Shown: positions 13,171 to 24,902, numbered from the stretch's first letter. The stretch: DNA of 64,000 nucleotides from Leucoraja ocellata (GCA_036785375.1 JAWMAR010000019.1:248001-312000), one strand, 5' to 3'. Notes: generated from the sequence alone by a model not told the origin. Numbers and translations: made by a program.

Positions 13171-13979
13171 TGGGCCTGTCACACTCAGGCAACGTCTTAG
13201 GCGGCTACAGGAGACTATGCACATGGTCACCACATGATCGCCACATGTTCACAGGTGGTTGCCGGGGGGTGCCTTCATGGTCATGAGGAGTTCCCACATT
13301 CTGGGAACTAGTCGTGGCCTCATTATGGTCGCCATGAATTTTTAAATATTGAAAAATTAGCGGAGACTAGAATGAAGCCGCCATGGATAGTAGCGAGAAT
13401 TCTCGAGCCATAGGTGTGTCGCCACGAGGTCCTAATGGGTTCCAGGAGGTCGAAGAATCTCGGAGGTTCTCGTAGGTTGTAGCCGGTACTGACCAGTGAA
13501 TATATTTGGCTCATTGGGGGAAAAAGGTAAGCAGTAGTTTTCAGAACCAAGGATAACCGATCGTTAATGTAAATGTCTGCCGAGCTTCACAGCCGTGTAT
13601 CTCTAGCTTCTTAAAAGTTGTCTCCACTCCTTCTCCCCCTCTCCCCCCCCCCCCCCCCTCCCCCTCCCCCTCTTTTAAAGGACTTATCATATACTGTGCT
13701 TTAGCCATCTTTTTACAGCGCCAACCTTCCTGTTCATGGCGGTGTGTGTCTGTTTCACCTTGGCTTTGCACCGTGTGATTTATTTTAGACAGTGCTCCCC
13801 CTGCTTGCCCTGTCCACCGCCTGCATAATGGGCTGGTGAAGGGAGCGATGCATTTGTGTGTGTGTGTGTGTGTTCCACTCTGACAGTCGCTGTTCCAGTT
13901 GCCATTTTTTCAGGCGACAGCCAGCAACTTGACAGTCGCCGGCAGTCCGCTGAAAAATCGCCTAAGTGGGACAGGCCCA
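13171..13979. mobile_element. Non-autonomous PIF/Harbinger-type DNA transposon (MITE), 809 bp
   Basis: TIRs tgggcctgtcacactcaggc / gcctaagtgggacaggccca; 3-bp TSD tca (13168-70) / tta (13980-82), inserted into the PLE motif gagTTActcc. A TWA TSD is typical of Harbinger. No transposase ORF. Confidence 0.8.
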
Positions 13980-14439
13980 TTATTCCAACACTTCGTGGCT
14001 TGTATTGTAAATCAGCGTCTGAAGTCCGTTGTGCCTATATCCATGTGCAAATGTTTTTATTTGGTCCTACAAATATCCAAAGCATACAAATGGGCCGTGT
14101 ATTGGGATGCATAGAACATACGCAGGTGCTTTAGATGTACATGAATGGGTAAAATATAATTGATGGGACGGTCCAGTAGCAATTCAACATCGCTTGCTGC
14201 ACTGGAGACCCGGGTTCGATCCTGACTCCGGATGAAACGCAGGTCTGTACACACGAAGCAGCTCAGCTGCCCAGAACGTACAACACTAGTGACCTGTGAC
14301 CTGGACATGCGCAGTCGGAATACCGAACTTGCTTATTCTAAATCGGAATTAAGTGTACTGTGGAGACAGAAGAAAATGCAAATACAGGAACCTTGATCGC
14401 TCCCGCAGCTACGAGCCTCACCTACCGTAGACGTAATCA

Positions 14440-14540
14440 ACAGGACCCCGACTCGAAACGTCGCCCATCCATTCCCTTCACATATGCTGTCTGACCCGCT
14501 GAGTGTCTCCAGCCCATTGTGTTTTGATTAAGTGTGCAGT
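14440..14540 (+). mobile_element. PLE terminal-repeat fragment
   Basis: ccccgactcgaaacgtcgcccatccattcc...atgctgtctgacccgctgag. Confidence 0.65.
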
Positions 14541-14904
14541 CTTTTTTTTTTACATAAATCCTAATTCTAGGTGGTTTGGTCCCAGGCTCACTGACAGTTT
14601 CCGAATCTTTGTGGTAAAGTAAAGAAAAGGGCAGACGATGGAGGAAAGGAGAGCTCAATGTAATCAAGTTGTCCCCGCTTCACGCTACATTCCGTACCAC
14701 CACACACCATTTACAGGGGACATTCTGCCCACTTTCGGCAGAATATTACCTGGCCAGTGCATTTGACGCTTTGTTTGCCGGTGTGCCATCTACTGACACC
14801 TAACATACCACATGCTGTGGAGTGCAGTTCCCGGTGTCACCATTCTGGTCACTTAGAATTGACTCAGTTAACAGGGCACAACAGCGATCCCTACAGAAGT
14901 ATCG

Positions 14905-15268
14905 TGTAGGAGCGAACTGCAGATGTTGGTTTACACCGAAGATGAATCTGAAGAAGGGTCTCGACCCGAAACGCCTCATTAGCCCTTTTCTCAAGAGATG
15001 CTGCCTGACCCGCTGAGTTGCTCCAGCATTGTGTGTCTCCTATAGAAGTACACACGAATTTAGTTCTAAATATGAACTTCAGATTCTGGTTTATACCAAA
15101 GATGCACACAAAATACTGGAGTAATTTAGCGGGTCAGACAACATCTCTGAAAATAAATGGATATGTTCTATATACCCCGACTTCTTCCCGACTCGAAACG
15201 TCACCTATTCCTTCTCTCCAGAAATGCTACCTGACCCGCAGATTTACTCCATGATTTTGTGTCTATCA
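14905..15268. mobile_element. Two adjacent PLE-derived insertions
   Basis: ctgaagaagggtctcgacccgaaacgcc at 14948 (triplet mutated to GCC); second, inverted-arm copy at about 15075-15268. Confidence 0.75.
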
Positions 15269-15629
15269 CGGATTTTGTTCGCCACGTAAACCGCGTAACA
15301 AGCAGGAATATCCCGCGCACAGAGTCTTTAATGTTGATGTATTCGTAGCTTTCGTTTCACGTTCATTGCCAAGATTGCAGCACCACGAGTGGCTGCCTTT
15401 CGTTCAATACATGCGTGGCACTTCACTCGTGGCGTTTGAGGTAGAAATAAAAAACATCCATGCACCCGAGTTATAGCATGTAGGTCGATGACTCGCGCTG
15501 TCCAATGACCCGAAGACCCATTTACCTGTACTGTACGGAATGGCGAGTATAAGACAACCCTGACCTTTCAGCCACTTCGAAAAATAGAAGCAATTTGCAG
15601 GGACCCGTTGCTGGTAAACTCCTCAGGCA

Positions 15630-16060
15630 AAGACACCACTCTAACCTCAGTAGTTCCATCTGTTTTAATCACAGGCTCAGTAATCCCAGAACTCACCAGT
15701 AATCTCAATCTGAATATCGGGGTTAGACATTCTCCGGTTTGCAAACAAGCAACGGATTACACCCATACTTATATCTCTGGTATAATCTCACAGTCACCAT
15801 CAAATTGATTTAATCTCAATTTTATTCGAGATTTTCGGTGTAATTTTAATCTCGCTCCATGAATCTGGTTTGCCCCGAATGTGTCAACGTGCCCAATGTA
15901 ATCATTTTTTAATTGCCGATCTTTTGTTTAATCTCTGTCTCAGCATCAAACTCCCATCTTCATCTAACGCACTGTCGATCTCCTGATTAATCTCAGCCTC
16001 ACTCTGAAATCCTGGTTCAAATCAAAGACGATTAATTTACAAATCAACTCCGTTTTGATG
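15630..16060. repeat. Degenerate 6-bp-periodic low-complexity repeat (left part)
   Basis: Recurrent ttaatc/tcagtc/tcactc-like units, e.g. ttaatctcagcctcactctg. Confidence 0.5.
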
Positions 16061-16090
16061 CCAAAAAGATACCTGCATGGAGATGGCAGA

Positions 16091-16830
16091 ATGGCCACGA
16101 CACGGAGAAACGTTCTCGCTGTAGAAGAGAATATCGAGATTTGTTTCCAAAAGTAAAATAAAATAAAATTATATCGGTTGTGAATCCGAGTGAGAATTGA
16201 AGTATTCCAAGCTTGTGAGTTTGGTAATGAGGGCAGCAGAGACAAGGATGGGGAGAGCACCGGTAATAACCCCACTGGGATATTGGCTAGGACAACCCCT
16301 TCTTACATAATCAAATAGGGATGCTTGTGAAATGGAAATATTAAAATAATCACTCAATTTGCTAATGATTGCGGGTAAGCGCCTCATCCGGCGTCCGACA
16401 GCGCTCCATGGTCTACAAGTTCACCCCCTTCGAAGCTGTGGCGGCGCATTTTAGACGACAGAGTTCTCCGTATGAGTTGCTTGAGTTGCTCCAATTTCAG
16501 CGCTGAACAATTGTCCCAGGCTACGAGTTCTCTCTGTTCAACAGCTTCCTGAAGACAGGAGTCTCGCCATGAACCTTGTCTTGAAGACTGGTACGACGCC
16601 TGTTGGAAAGCCAAAGTTCGATGGAGCAACCCATGGACATCATCATCCCAGCGGTGAGAGGCAACATTGCTCAATTTCCGCAGATCCACATGCCGGCCCC
16701 AGGGTTTAAACGACAATTAGAAGTCCTGTCCATAAACGTTGATGCCTTCCGATTTAACTGTGGAAGGGACCACGTGTAGAACCGAGACCTTGCCATGAAT
16801 CCGGGGTTGCAATTCTCTGGTGCCCACTCA
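16091..16830 (+). pseudogene. Degenerate coding-like island; tentative endogenous bornavirus-like nucleoprotein (EBLN-like) relic
   Basis: The + frame from 16408 reads MVYKFTPFEAVAAHFRRQSSPYELLELLQFQR*TIVPGYEF...DIIIPAVRGNIAQFPQI...DAFRF with many C-ending codons, three TGA stops and an open antisense shadow frame (ORF 16384-16716). Ordered motifs resemble bornavirus N by eye only. Confidence 0.35.
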
Positions 16831-17675
16831 AATTCATATCAAATTCCATTGAATTTCTCATTATCAGACCAATGTTAACAGTTTCAGTGTCTAGCTCTGG
16901 TTTCACCCGAGTCTTGTTACGTCCCTAATGTCTGCAAGTCAATCACTGTTTTAACTTCAATTTTAGATTCAGACCATGGTTCTCCCTCAGCCTCAATATT
17001 AGATTGTTTATTAACTTTAGTCTTACAATGATGTTTAAATTTAATCTCACTCTGAGCCTCTAATTTAATGTCCGACTCGCTATCATTGTATCCTCCATAT
17101 TAGGCTCTGGTAAAACTTTAGTCTCAATCCCACTCTGAGGTTTAATCACAGTTTCACTATCAAGCAATGACTTCGTTTAAATATCACTGTCAATTTCCTC
17201 ATAAATCTCATTCTCACAATCTGTCTCTAACTGATTATTGATCACTGGATTAATCTCAATTTTACTATCAGTCTCTAGTTTATTCTCCAACAGGCTTCAG
17301 TTTGATTAGTTTTAGACTCCTTTTCATCATTTTCAATCTTCCATGTTAACAGTTTTACGCTTAATCTTTACTTTAACTAAGTCTCTCATCAAGGCTCTAC
17401 TTTAATTTTACGTTCACTGTCAGTTTTCAATCTCCATTTTAGATTTAAGTAAATCGTGGATCCAAAATCATTTTCTGGTTTAATCTGAACCTCACATTTT
17501 GGTGTCATTTCATTCTCACTATCAGACTTTCGGTTAATCCTGCTCACCATACCTGTCCTTGTTTTAATTTCAGGCATAATATCAATATCAGGTTTAATGT
17601 CAGATTAATTCTATCTGTAATATAATCCTATTCTCAATATCGATTTAATGTCAGACTCACTACTACCCCAGTCAT
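16830..17675. repeat. Degenerate 6-bp-periodic low-complexity repeat (right part)
   Basis: Many ggtttaatctca..tcactatca-like units; frames checked contain stops. Confidence 0.6.
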
Positions 17676-18013
17676 GGGCTTTAGCACACGCCTGACCTTG
17701 GATGCAGTATTAAAGCTTCTTGTGTTGAACTTGCAGATTCATCAGGTGTTGGTGGAGAATATTTTTCTCCAGATTAGTCATCTTGCCTTTTGAAAGAAGT
17801 ACTAAACACTTACCCTTTATGAAGACATGGGATTCACTTCAGGAACATGCACAGCTTCACAATCTTCTGTGTTATTCTCCACAATGTCACACACAACGAT
17901 TAAGCTGTTGACATGAATTTATCCAACTCTTTATAATATAATTATTCGAATCATATACCTACACTATTGTCCAGATGTATGGAATCTTGTCATCTCCAAT
18001 CTGCCAGGAGATA

Positions 18014-18323
18014 GGACAACACGATGGCACAGCAGAAGAGTTGCTGCCTTACAGCACCAGAGACCCAGGTTTGATCCTGACTACATGTGCTGTCTCTAAG
18101 GAGTTCTCCCTGTGACCACATGGGTTTTCACCAGGTGCTCCGGTTTCCTCCCATGCTCCAAAGACATACAGGTTTGTAGGCTAATTGGCTTGGTAAAATT
18201 GTAAATTATCCCTAGTGTGTGTAAGATAGTAGTGGTGTACGGGGATCGCTGGCCGGCGTGGACTTGATGGGACGAATGCCCTGTTACTGTGCTGTATTTC
18301 CAAACTAAAAAAAACAAAACTAA
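18014..18323 (+). mobile_element. HE1-type tRNA-derived V-SINE
   Basis: tRNA-like head (tggcacagcag...gacccaggtttgatcc), V-domain ggtgctccggtttcctccc, CR1-derived tail ending in actaaa. Confidence 0.85.
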
Positions 18324-18934
18324 TTCTCAGCATACAGACACTATTTAACAAACTGAATCTCTTCTTCTTGCAGCTTGCGTTATGATGCTTGCTTTATTTT
18401 AACTGCCTTCCTTCATCTTTCCTTGCAAATTGAGTTAAACAAGAATCATCTGTGTTTCTGTATTTCTACAGTAGAGTATTTTGTTCAGGAGTGTGAAATG
18501 TTCTGTGTCAGAGAAGAAAGAGGAGGCTGAGGGTGACCATACTGAGATGTATCATGATCATGAGGGGCACCGATCAAGTAAATGTTCAAGTCAACCTCAC
18601 CATTCTTTGCATTGTTCCTCTTTGTATGTTCCTTTAATTCTCTTTGTTGAGAAAAGTTTTTAAGTGCTTTCATACTTTGCATTGCCAAGTACTTCACAAA
18701 TTAAAAAATCTTCACTGCCATCATTGTGCTAGTCCCAAAACATTGTTGCTGCCTCATTCAGTGAGTTTTCGTTCCAGCACTTTGTGTTTTTCTCAGGATA
18801 TCAACATCTGCAGATGTTTGTGGTCTCCATTGTGCTTGCTTTCATTTACGTCAATTGTAGAAATTTTACATGGATTCTCTGTATCCATGATTCAGCAATG
18901 CATGGGAAGTTCCTCGAACTACATGACCATATCA

Positions 18935-19562
18935 TTTAAGGCAGAGTTAGGTAAATGTTTACAAGATCGTGGAATTGAGAGTTATGGAGTATGGGAGCAC
19001 TGAAGACAAAGTGTGGCAAATGTAAATCAGCCATGATCATAGTGAATGGCAGGGAAGGTTTGAAGGTCATAAGGTCATGTGATAGGAGTAGAATTATGCC
19101 ATTCAGCCCATTAAGTCTACTCTGCCATTCAATCATGACTGATCTATCTCTCCCTCCTAACCCCATTCTCCTGCCTTCTTCTCATAACCTCTGACACCTG
19201 TACTAATCAAGAATCTATCTATCTCTGCCTTAAAATATCCACTGATGGCCTCCACAGCCTCTGTGGCAAAAAAAATCCACAGATTCACCACTCTCTGACT
19301 AAATAAATTCCTCCTCATCTACTTCCTAAAAGAACATCCTTTAATTCTGAGGCTATGACCTCTAGTTGTAGACTCTCCCAATAGTGGAAACATCCTCTCC
19401 ACATCCACTCTATCCAAGCCTTTCACTATTCTGTACATTTCAATGAGGTCCCCCCTCATTCTTCTAAACTCCAGCGAGTACAGGCACAAGTGCCGACAAA
19501 CACTCATCATAGGTTAACCTAGCCTGATGGATGATGCCTGCTCCTATTTTCCTGTACTCCTG
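18935..19562. mobile_element. CR1 3' end (+) interrupted by a second CR1 3' end (-, about 19066-19520)
   Basis: Minus ORF LYSLEFRRMRGDLIEMYRIVKGLDRVDVERMFPL.GES.TRGHSLRIKG. Confidence 0.85.
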
Positions 19563-20112
19563 CATTCATATTACACACTTGCCATTGTTAGAATTTCCTT
19601 TAGAAGATAAATATGTTCTGCAACTTGAATTATAATGTTTTTGGTCCACCCTTCCTTTGTTACAATATGAATGTTAGTTATGGTGTAAACAGTCACCTCA
19701 TCTCATATCATTCAAATACAGATGAGCTTGTTTCATTTTCACATTTGGTGCGAGAATTTGAACCCATGAAATGATTGGGATGCAGGTAGATGAATGGCTT
19801 CTATTGAAGTTTTGGAACTTTAACCATCAACATGACGTTATTGTTGCATATCTCAGAATGCCTAGAGAAGGATGAAAGATTGTAGGAGCGTACAGTTAAG
19901 GTTTGAGCACAGCGTGTGGTGGCCTTTGAACGCAGTGTCCATTGAGCACAGAATGCAGTGAATAACAAGGACATTTCATTTTTAATATGTATTTATTTAA
20001 TGTAGTTTCGGAGTGTTATTTTCTTAACCTTTTACCTTTCACTTGCAGGAATTAAAACTGATAATCCAGTGGGCTGCTTTCATTTGCAGGAATTATGTGT
20101 ATCATCTGCTTA

Positions 20113-20363
20113 GACACAAAATGCTGGAGTAACTCAGCAGGACAGGCAGCATCTCTGGAGAGGAGTGGGTGACATTTCAGGTCGAGACCCTTCTTCAGAC
20201 AAATGTCAGGGGAGTGGACAGGACAGATATAGAATGTAGGCGGAGACCTAACACTGGTGGGAGAACTGGGAACCTCCAGAGATGCTGTCTGTCCTGCCGA
20301 GTTACTCCAGCATTTTGTGTCTACCTTTGATTTAAACCAGCATCTGCAGTTCTTTCCTACACA
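20113..20363. mobile_element. PLE-derived palindromic insertion with 13-bp TSD
   Basis: Inverted arms; TSD tatcatctgctta (20100-20112) / tatcatttgctta (20364-20376). Confidence 0.85.
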
Positions 20364-20799
20364 TATCATTTGCTTAATTAGATACCTGGCTAGAAATAGT
20401 GATCAGCTGGAGAAACCCACGATCTGGATTTTGGAGATGGAGACACAACTAATGTTGTTGCAGTCATTTTTTTAATTTGTGGTTTGTGAAGAATGGTAAA
20501 TTTGGGATGCAGTCTCCTCATAGCTCAGGAGAGTTCAATCAGAAAGGGGCTGGATGTCTGATATGGGTGGATACATTCAGTATAATGGGTGTGAAGACTA
20601 GAGAATTTCTGGAGAACAGACCAGGCGATTTACACCTCAACAGAGCTGGAGCCAATATTCAAATGGTGGGTTTCCTGGTGTTCTTGGGAAGAGTTTAAAC
20701 CTGTTTGACAGAGGAAAGCAGACCAAAGATTCCGAAAGAATAAAAGCAGAACGGGAAAAATATGACAGATAATTCATGAGAATTTGAAATACAAAGGTT

Positions 20800-20942
20800 T
20801 CTCCCTCTATCTCTCTTTCATGTTATCCTCTCCCTTTCCTTTCCTCTCCATCCTCTCTCTCCCTCTCATTTTTCATGCTCTGCCTTTTCTTTCTCTCCAA
20901 CATCCCTCTCTCCCCCTCCTTGTGTCTTTATTCCTCTCTCTG

Positions 20943-20982
<40 letters not shown>
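20800..20982. repeat. Polypyrimidine tract ending in (CT)n
   Basis: Directly visible. Confidence 0.9.
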
Positions 20983-20983
<1 letters not shown>

Positions 20984-21231
20984 TTAACAGGCTGTGCATA
21001 AAGGTAAATGCCTAAGTACCATCAATATAATCAACAAGGCAAATGAGCTGAGAACACTGGGAGACAAATGAATGCACAATACTATATTTGTTTAGGAAAT
21101 GTGTCTTAAAGAGGGGCAAGGCTGGTCTAACATTTCTGGTTTCTGGGTGTTCAGATAAGACAGGAAGGGACAATTAAAAAAAAGCAGATGCAATGTTGGT
21201 TAAAAAGAAAATTGCAACTGTAAGAAGGGCT

Positions 21232-21660
21232 AATACAGAGTCAAAGTCTCAGAGTCATACAGGATGGAAACAAGCCCTCTGATCCATATCGAGGAAGACG
21301 TCCCATCATACCTGGTCTGATTGTCCATGCCTGGTCCATATCCCTCTAAACCTTTCTTGTCCATGTATCTGTGCAAATGGTTTTTAAATGTTGTTACTGT
21401 ACCTATCTCAACTATTTCCTCTGGCAGCTGAATCCATAGACCCACCAACTTCTGTATGAAAGAGTTGGCCCTCAGGTTCCTATTCCATATGTCCCTTCTT
21501 ACTTTAAACATATGCTCTTGAGTTCTTGATAACCCTATCCTGGGAAAAATACTGTGCATTCATCTTTCCAATCTGTTCATGATTTTAAACACCTCTATAA
21601 GATCACCCCCTGAGCTTCCTGTGGTTCAAGGAATAAAGTCCTGTCCTGCCTAACCTCAGA
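21232..21660 (-). mobile_element. CR1 LINE 3' end
   Basis: ORF 21230-21559: FPRIGLSRTQEHMFKVR...LWIQLPEEIVEIGTVTTFKNHLHRYMD. Confidence 0.85.
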
Positions 21661-22878
21661 GTATGATGCTGGCCATATTGCTGCTTGTCATCCATATCAA
21701 CAACTTGCATGAGAATGTACAAGGCGTGATTTAGACTGAAGAAGGCCCCTCGGTTCCACGGCGGGCAAGCCGGCTTGCAGTGGGGATTAAACTGTGGCTC
21801 ACCGGGACCCCTGGGTCAAGTCCCAGGTTGATGCAGGGCCTCCAGCAGGCCTCACACTGCCTTCCTCAGCTGGTGCGACTCCCTCCTCTCCGGTCCACAA
21901 GGCGAGCAGAGGCCGGGCTCAGCGGCACCCTGTCCGGCGGGCTGGTTCACGGTACTGCAGCAGTGAGCCAGGCCTGTTTCCGGGCATGGCCGAGCGGAGC
22001 TGTGGCTTGTTGGCAGACTACCTTTTGATCCATAGAACATCTGCAGCTCCTTTTGTCTCCAAGGTGAAGGAGTATAAGTAGGAGAGCTTCCACATGGTAG
22101 TGATCATATTACAGTTATATTTAGTGTATATATGCAATAGGAGGAAAGATTTGTAATGGGGTAAGGATGATTTTGAGTCATCATTTAGAATAAGTGGAGT
22201 AGAAACTGCTGCTTGAAGCTAAATCAATGGGGGGCATTTAGGAAGTGGGTTTAATAGCACAGGGTGAATATGCTTCCACAAACAAATAGGGACTGAAGCA
22301 TCTAGACCTCTCGCGATGAGTAAGGTGCAAAAGAAAGGTTTCCTCAGAAAACTTTTAGCATGCAAAAACATTACCAGGAAACAAACAAAGACATTCAAAG
22401 ATGTACACAAATGCTCCTGGAAGAAGTGCACCATCTTCTCTAGTCCTGGGAATCTCTGGCACATAAGTTCATAAGACATTGGAGCAGAATGAGGTCGTTT
22501 GGCCCATCGAGTCTCAATGATGGCTCATGACCACTGAGGAAGATTCTTCATTTCCATAGTAACTTCATAAGTCACCTCAGTACCCACAGAGTGGGGAATT
22601 GAATAAGTCACCCTTCATCCAAGGCACTGCTTAAGAAGAAGAATACAGCAATTTCAAAAAGGCTTTTGGCAAAATCCCCTGAGGCAGGTAAGTGAAAAAA
22701 ATCCAGAGCAAATTGGTTCCAAAACTGGCTGTGCAGTAGTAAGATAAAGATAATGGTTGACAGATGTTTGGTCACTAGTAGGTTATTATCAATGGGATTC
22801 CATAGGGCTCAGTTTACCATTTTATTTTGTAATACATATTAATGGTGTAGATCTATTTTGTTTCATTCTATTACAGTT

Positions 22879-23170
22879 GGGCGTTACGGTGGCACAGCGG
22901 TTAAGCTACTTCCTTACAGCGCCAATGAACCAGGTTCAGTCCTGACTATAGGTACTTGTCTGTATGGTGTTTCATATTCTCCCATGATCTGCGTGGGTTT
23001 TCTCCGAGATCTTCGGTTTCCTCCCATCCTCCAAAGGTTTGTAGGTTAATTAGTTTGGTATGAAGTGTAAAAAATTGTCCCTTGTGTGTAGGGTAGTGTT
23101 AACGTGCGGGGATCGCAGGTCAGTGCGGACTCGGTGAGTCAAAGGGCCTGTTTCCACGCTGTATCACTAA
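22879..23170 (+). mobile_element. HE1-type V-SINE
   Basis: gggcgttacggtggcacagcgg head, tgcgtgggttttctcc...cggtttcctccc, tail gggcctgtttccacgctgtatc. Confidence 0.85.
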
Positions 23171-23340
23171 ACTAAACTAAACTAAACTAAACTAAATTTA
23201 ATTTAACTTAACTTAACTTAACTTAACTTAACTTAACTTAACTTAACTTAACTAAACTAAACTAAACTAAACTAAACTAAACTAAACCAAACCAAACTAA
23301 ATTAAACTAAACTAAACTAAACTAAACTAAACTAAGCCTA
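23167..23340 (+). repeat. Expanded pentamer SINE tail (ACTAA)n-(ACTTA)n-(ACTAA)n
   Basis: Directly visible tandem array. Confidence 0.95.
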
Positions 23341-24502
23341 AATATAGGAGGTACAATAAAGAAGTCTACAAATAAACCTTTACCGATCTGAGTCTTGTAC
23401 CCGGAGCAGGGGAATCAAAAACCAGGGGACATAGGCTTTAACTGATGTGGGCAAGATTTAATAGGAACCTGAGTGCACCTTTCTCGCATGGAGGGAGGTG
23501 GATATATGGAACAGGCTGCCAGAGGAGGTAGTTGATGCAGGTACTATAACAGTATTTGAAAGGCATTTGGACAGGTACATGGATAAGAAAATTTTTGAGG
23601 GATAGGGACCAAGCATTGGCATGTGTAGATGGGGTGGCTTGGTCAGCACAAGTAGGTTGGATCAAAGAACCTGCTTCCATGCTGTATGACTCTATGATTC
23701 TAACAAAAAATGATTGTGCGATTGAAAGAAAGTGCGATTGTGCGAGTATAGCTATAAACTGAAGAAAGATATATGGATGATTCAGCTAGTCGAACAGCAA
23801 AACTCTAACGCAGCCTCAATTTGGTCAAATAGATTACTGGTCATTAATTCTGTAGCTGCTGAAATATGATTTCTAATTGTCCAGTTGAACTCTTTGGATT
23901 CTGTTGAGCAAGAATGATATGCAATCTACATTAATTGAACAGCCAGTCTGCAGGTATGCAATTTGCAAATAGCTGAAAGTGAATCACCCTAAATGGGTGC
24001 ACGGAAGGACCCATCATGTTTGGAAATCCATCCGACTTAGCAAAAGCATTTGGCAGTTCCATTCACATTCACCTGCTCATTCCAAGTAAATGTCAACTAC
24101 TTTTGCTGAAGATTGCACATTGAACTGATCCCAGCACACAATGAGCTAATTGTTGTCTGTAACATTGAGTAACAAAAGATGTGTATATGTTGGTACACCA
24201 GGTCAGCACTGGAGTCAAGTGTCAAGAGTGCTTTATTATCCTATGCCCCCGAAGAGAACAATCACATTTTTACTCGCAACAACACAACAGGAATGTGAAC
24301 ACAGTACTCCGTAGGAAGGTTCTATCTTATGCCTTGGTTGTTCTGATGCTCTTTGAATCAAATTTTTTCAATCAATATGAATGTCATCAACAATGTGAAT
24401 GGATAACAATGTCACTTACTTTTATAAACTTGCTCACCACTAATTGGTTTCAGGTATGACAACCTCAACTTCAGACCCCATTTTAGCCCTGATACAAACA
24501 CT

Positions 24503-24878
24503 GAACTTATAAAGGCATGTAAAATCAAGAGAGGAATAGATCAGGTAGATGTACAGACACTCTTGTCCAGAGTAGGTGAATCAAGGACCAGAGGACATAG
24601 GTTTAAGGTGAAGGGGAAAAGATTTAAAAGGAATTTGAGAGGTAACTTTGTCACACAAAGGGCGGTAGGTGTACCAAACAAGCTCCCAGATAAGGTGGTT
24701 GAGGCATGGACTATCCCAACATTTACAAACCAGTTAGACAGGTACATGGATAGGACAGATTTGGAGGGATATGGGCCAAATGCGGGCAGGTGGGACTAGA
24801 GTATCTGGGACACGTAGGCCGGTGTGGGCAAGTTAGGCCAAAGGGCCTGTTTATTCCACACTGTGTGACTATGACTAT
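24503..24878 (+). mobile_element. CR1 LINE 3' end
   Basis: ORF 24563-24799: RVGESRTRGHRFKVKGKRFKRNLRGNF..LDRYMD..YGPNAGRWD. Confidence 0.85.
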
Positions 24879-24902
24879 AATTAAATAAATAGCTGAATAG
24901 TG

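Larger units (their letters stand above)
12240..14040 (+). mobile_element. Penelope-like element 3' end (endonuclease C-terminus, pyrimidine-rich UTR, terminal repeat), broken by three nested insertions
   Basis: 12300-12380 reads KLETQHLI/LGSMQPNGMKIELSNFR* across a frameshift (GIY-YIG C-terminus); C/T-rich UTR; ttagtctgaagaagg at 13106 and gatgctgcctgacccgctgag, resuming at 13980. Confidence 0.75.
20560..23700 (+). mobile_element. Fragmented old CR1 sequence (ORF1 end, ORF2 pieces, 3' end) with younger insertions; may be more than one copy
   Basis: GDLHLNRAGANI (ORF1 esterase-like, ~20625); NKANELR (endonuclease start, ~21035); IHINNLHENVQGVI (~21690); FKKAFGKIP and NWFQNWL (22650-22730); CR1 3' end 23390-23700. 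Confidence 0.6.

Noticed and set aside
15465-15476. 12-mer cccgagttatag shared with 28740-28751
   Set aside because: Many chance 12-mer matches are expected in 64 kb.
18014-18090. tRNA-like sequences (also ~14195, 22879, 52590, 56516)
   Set aside because: These are SINE heads, most followed by a V-domain and LINE tail, not tRNA genes.
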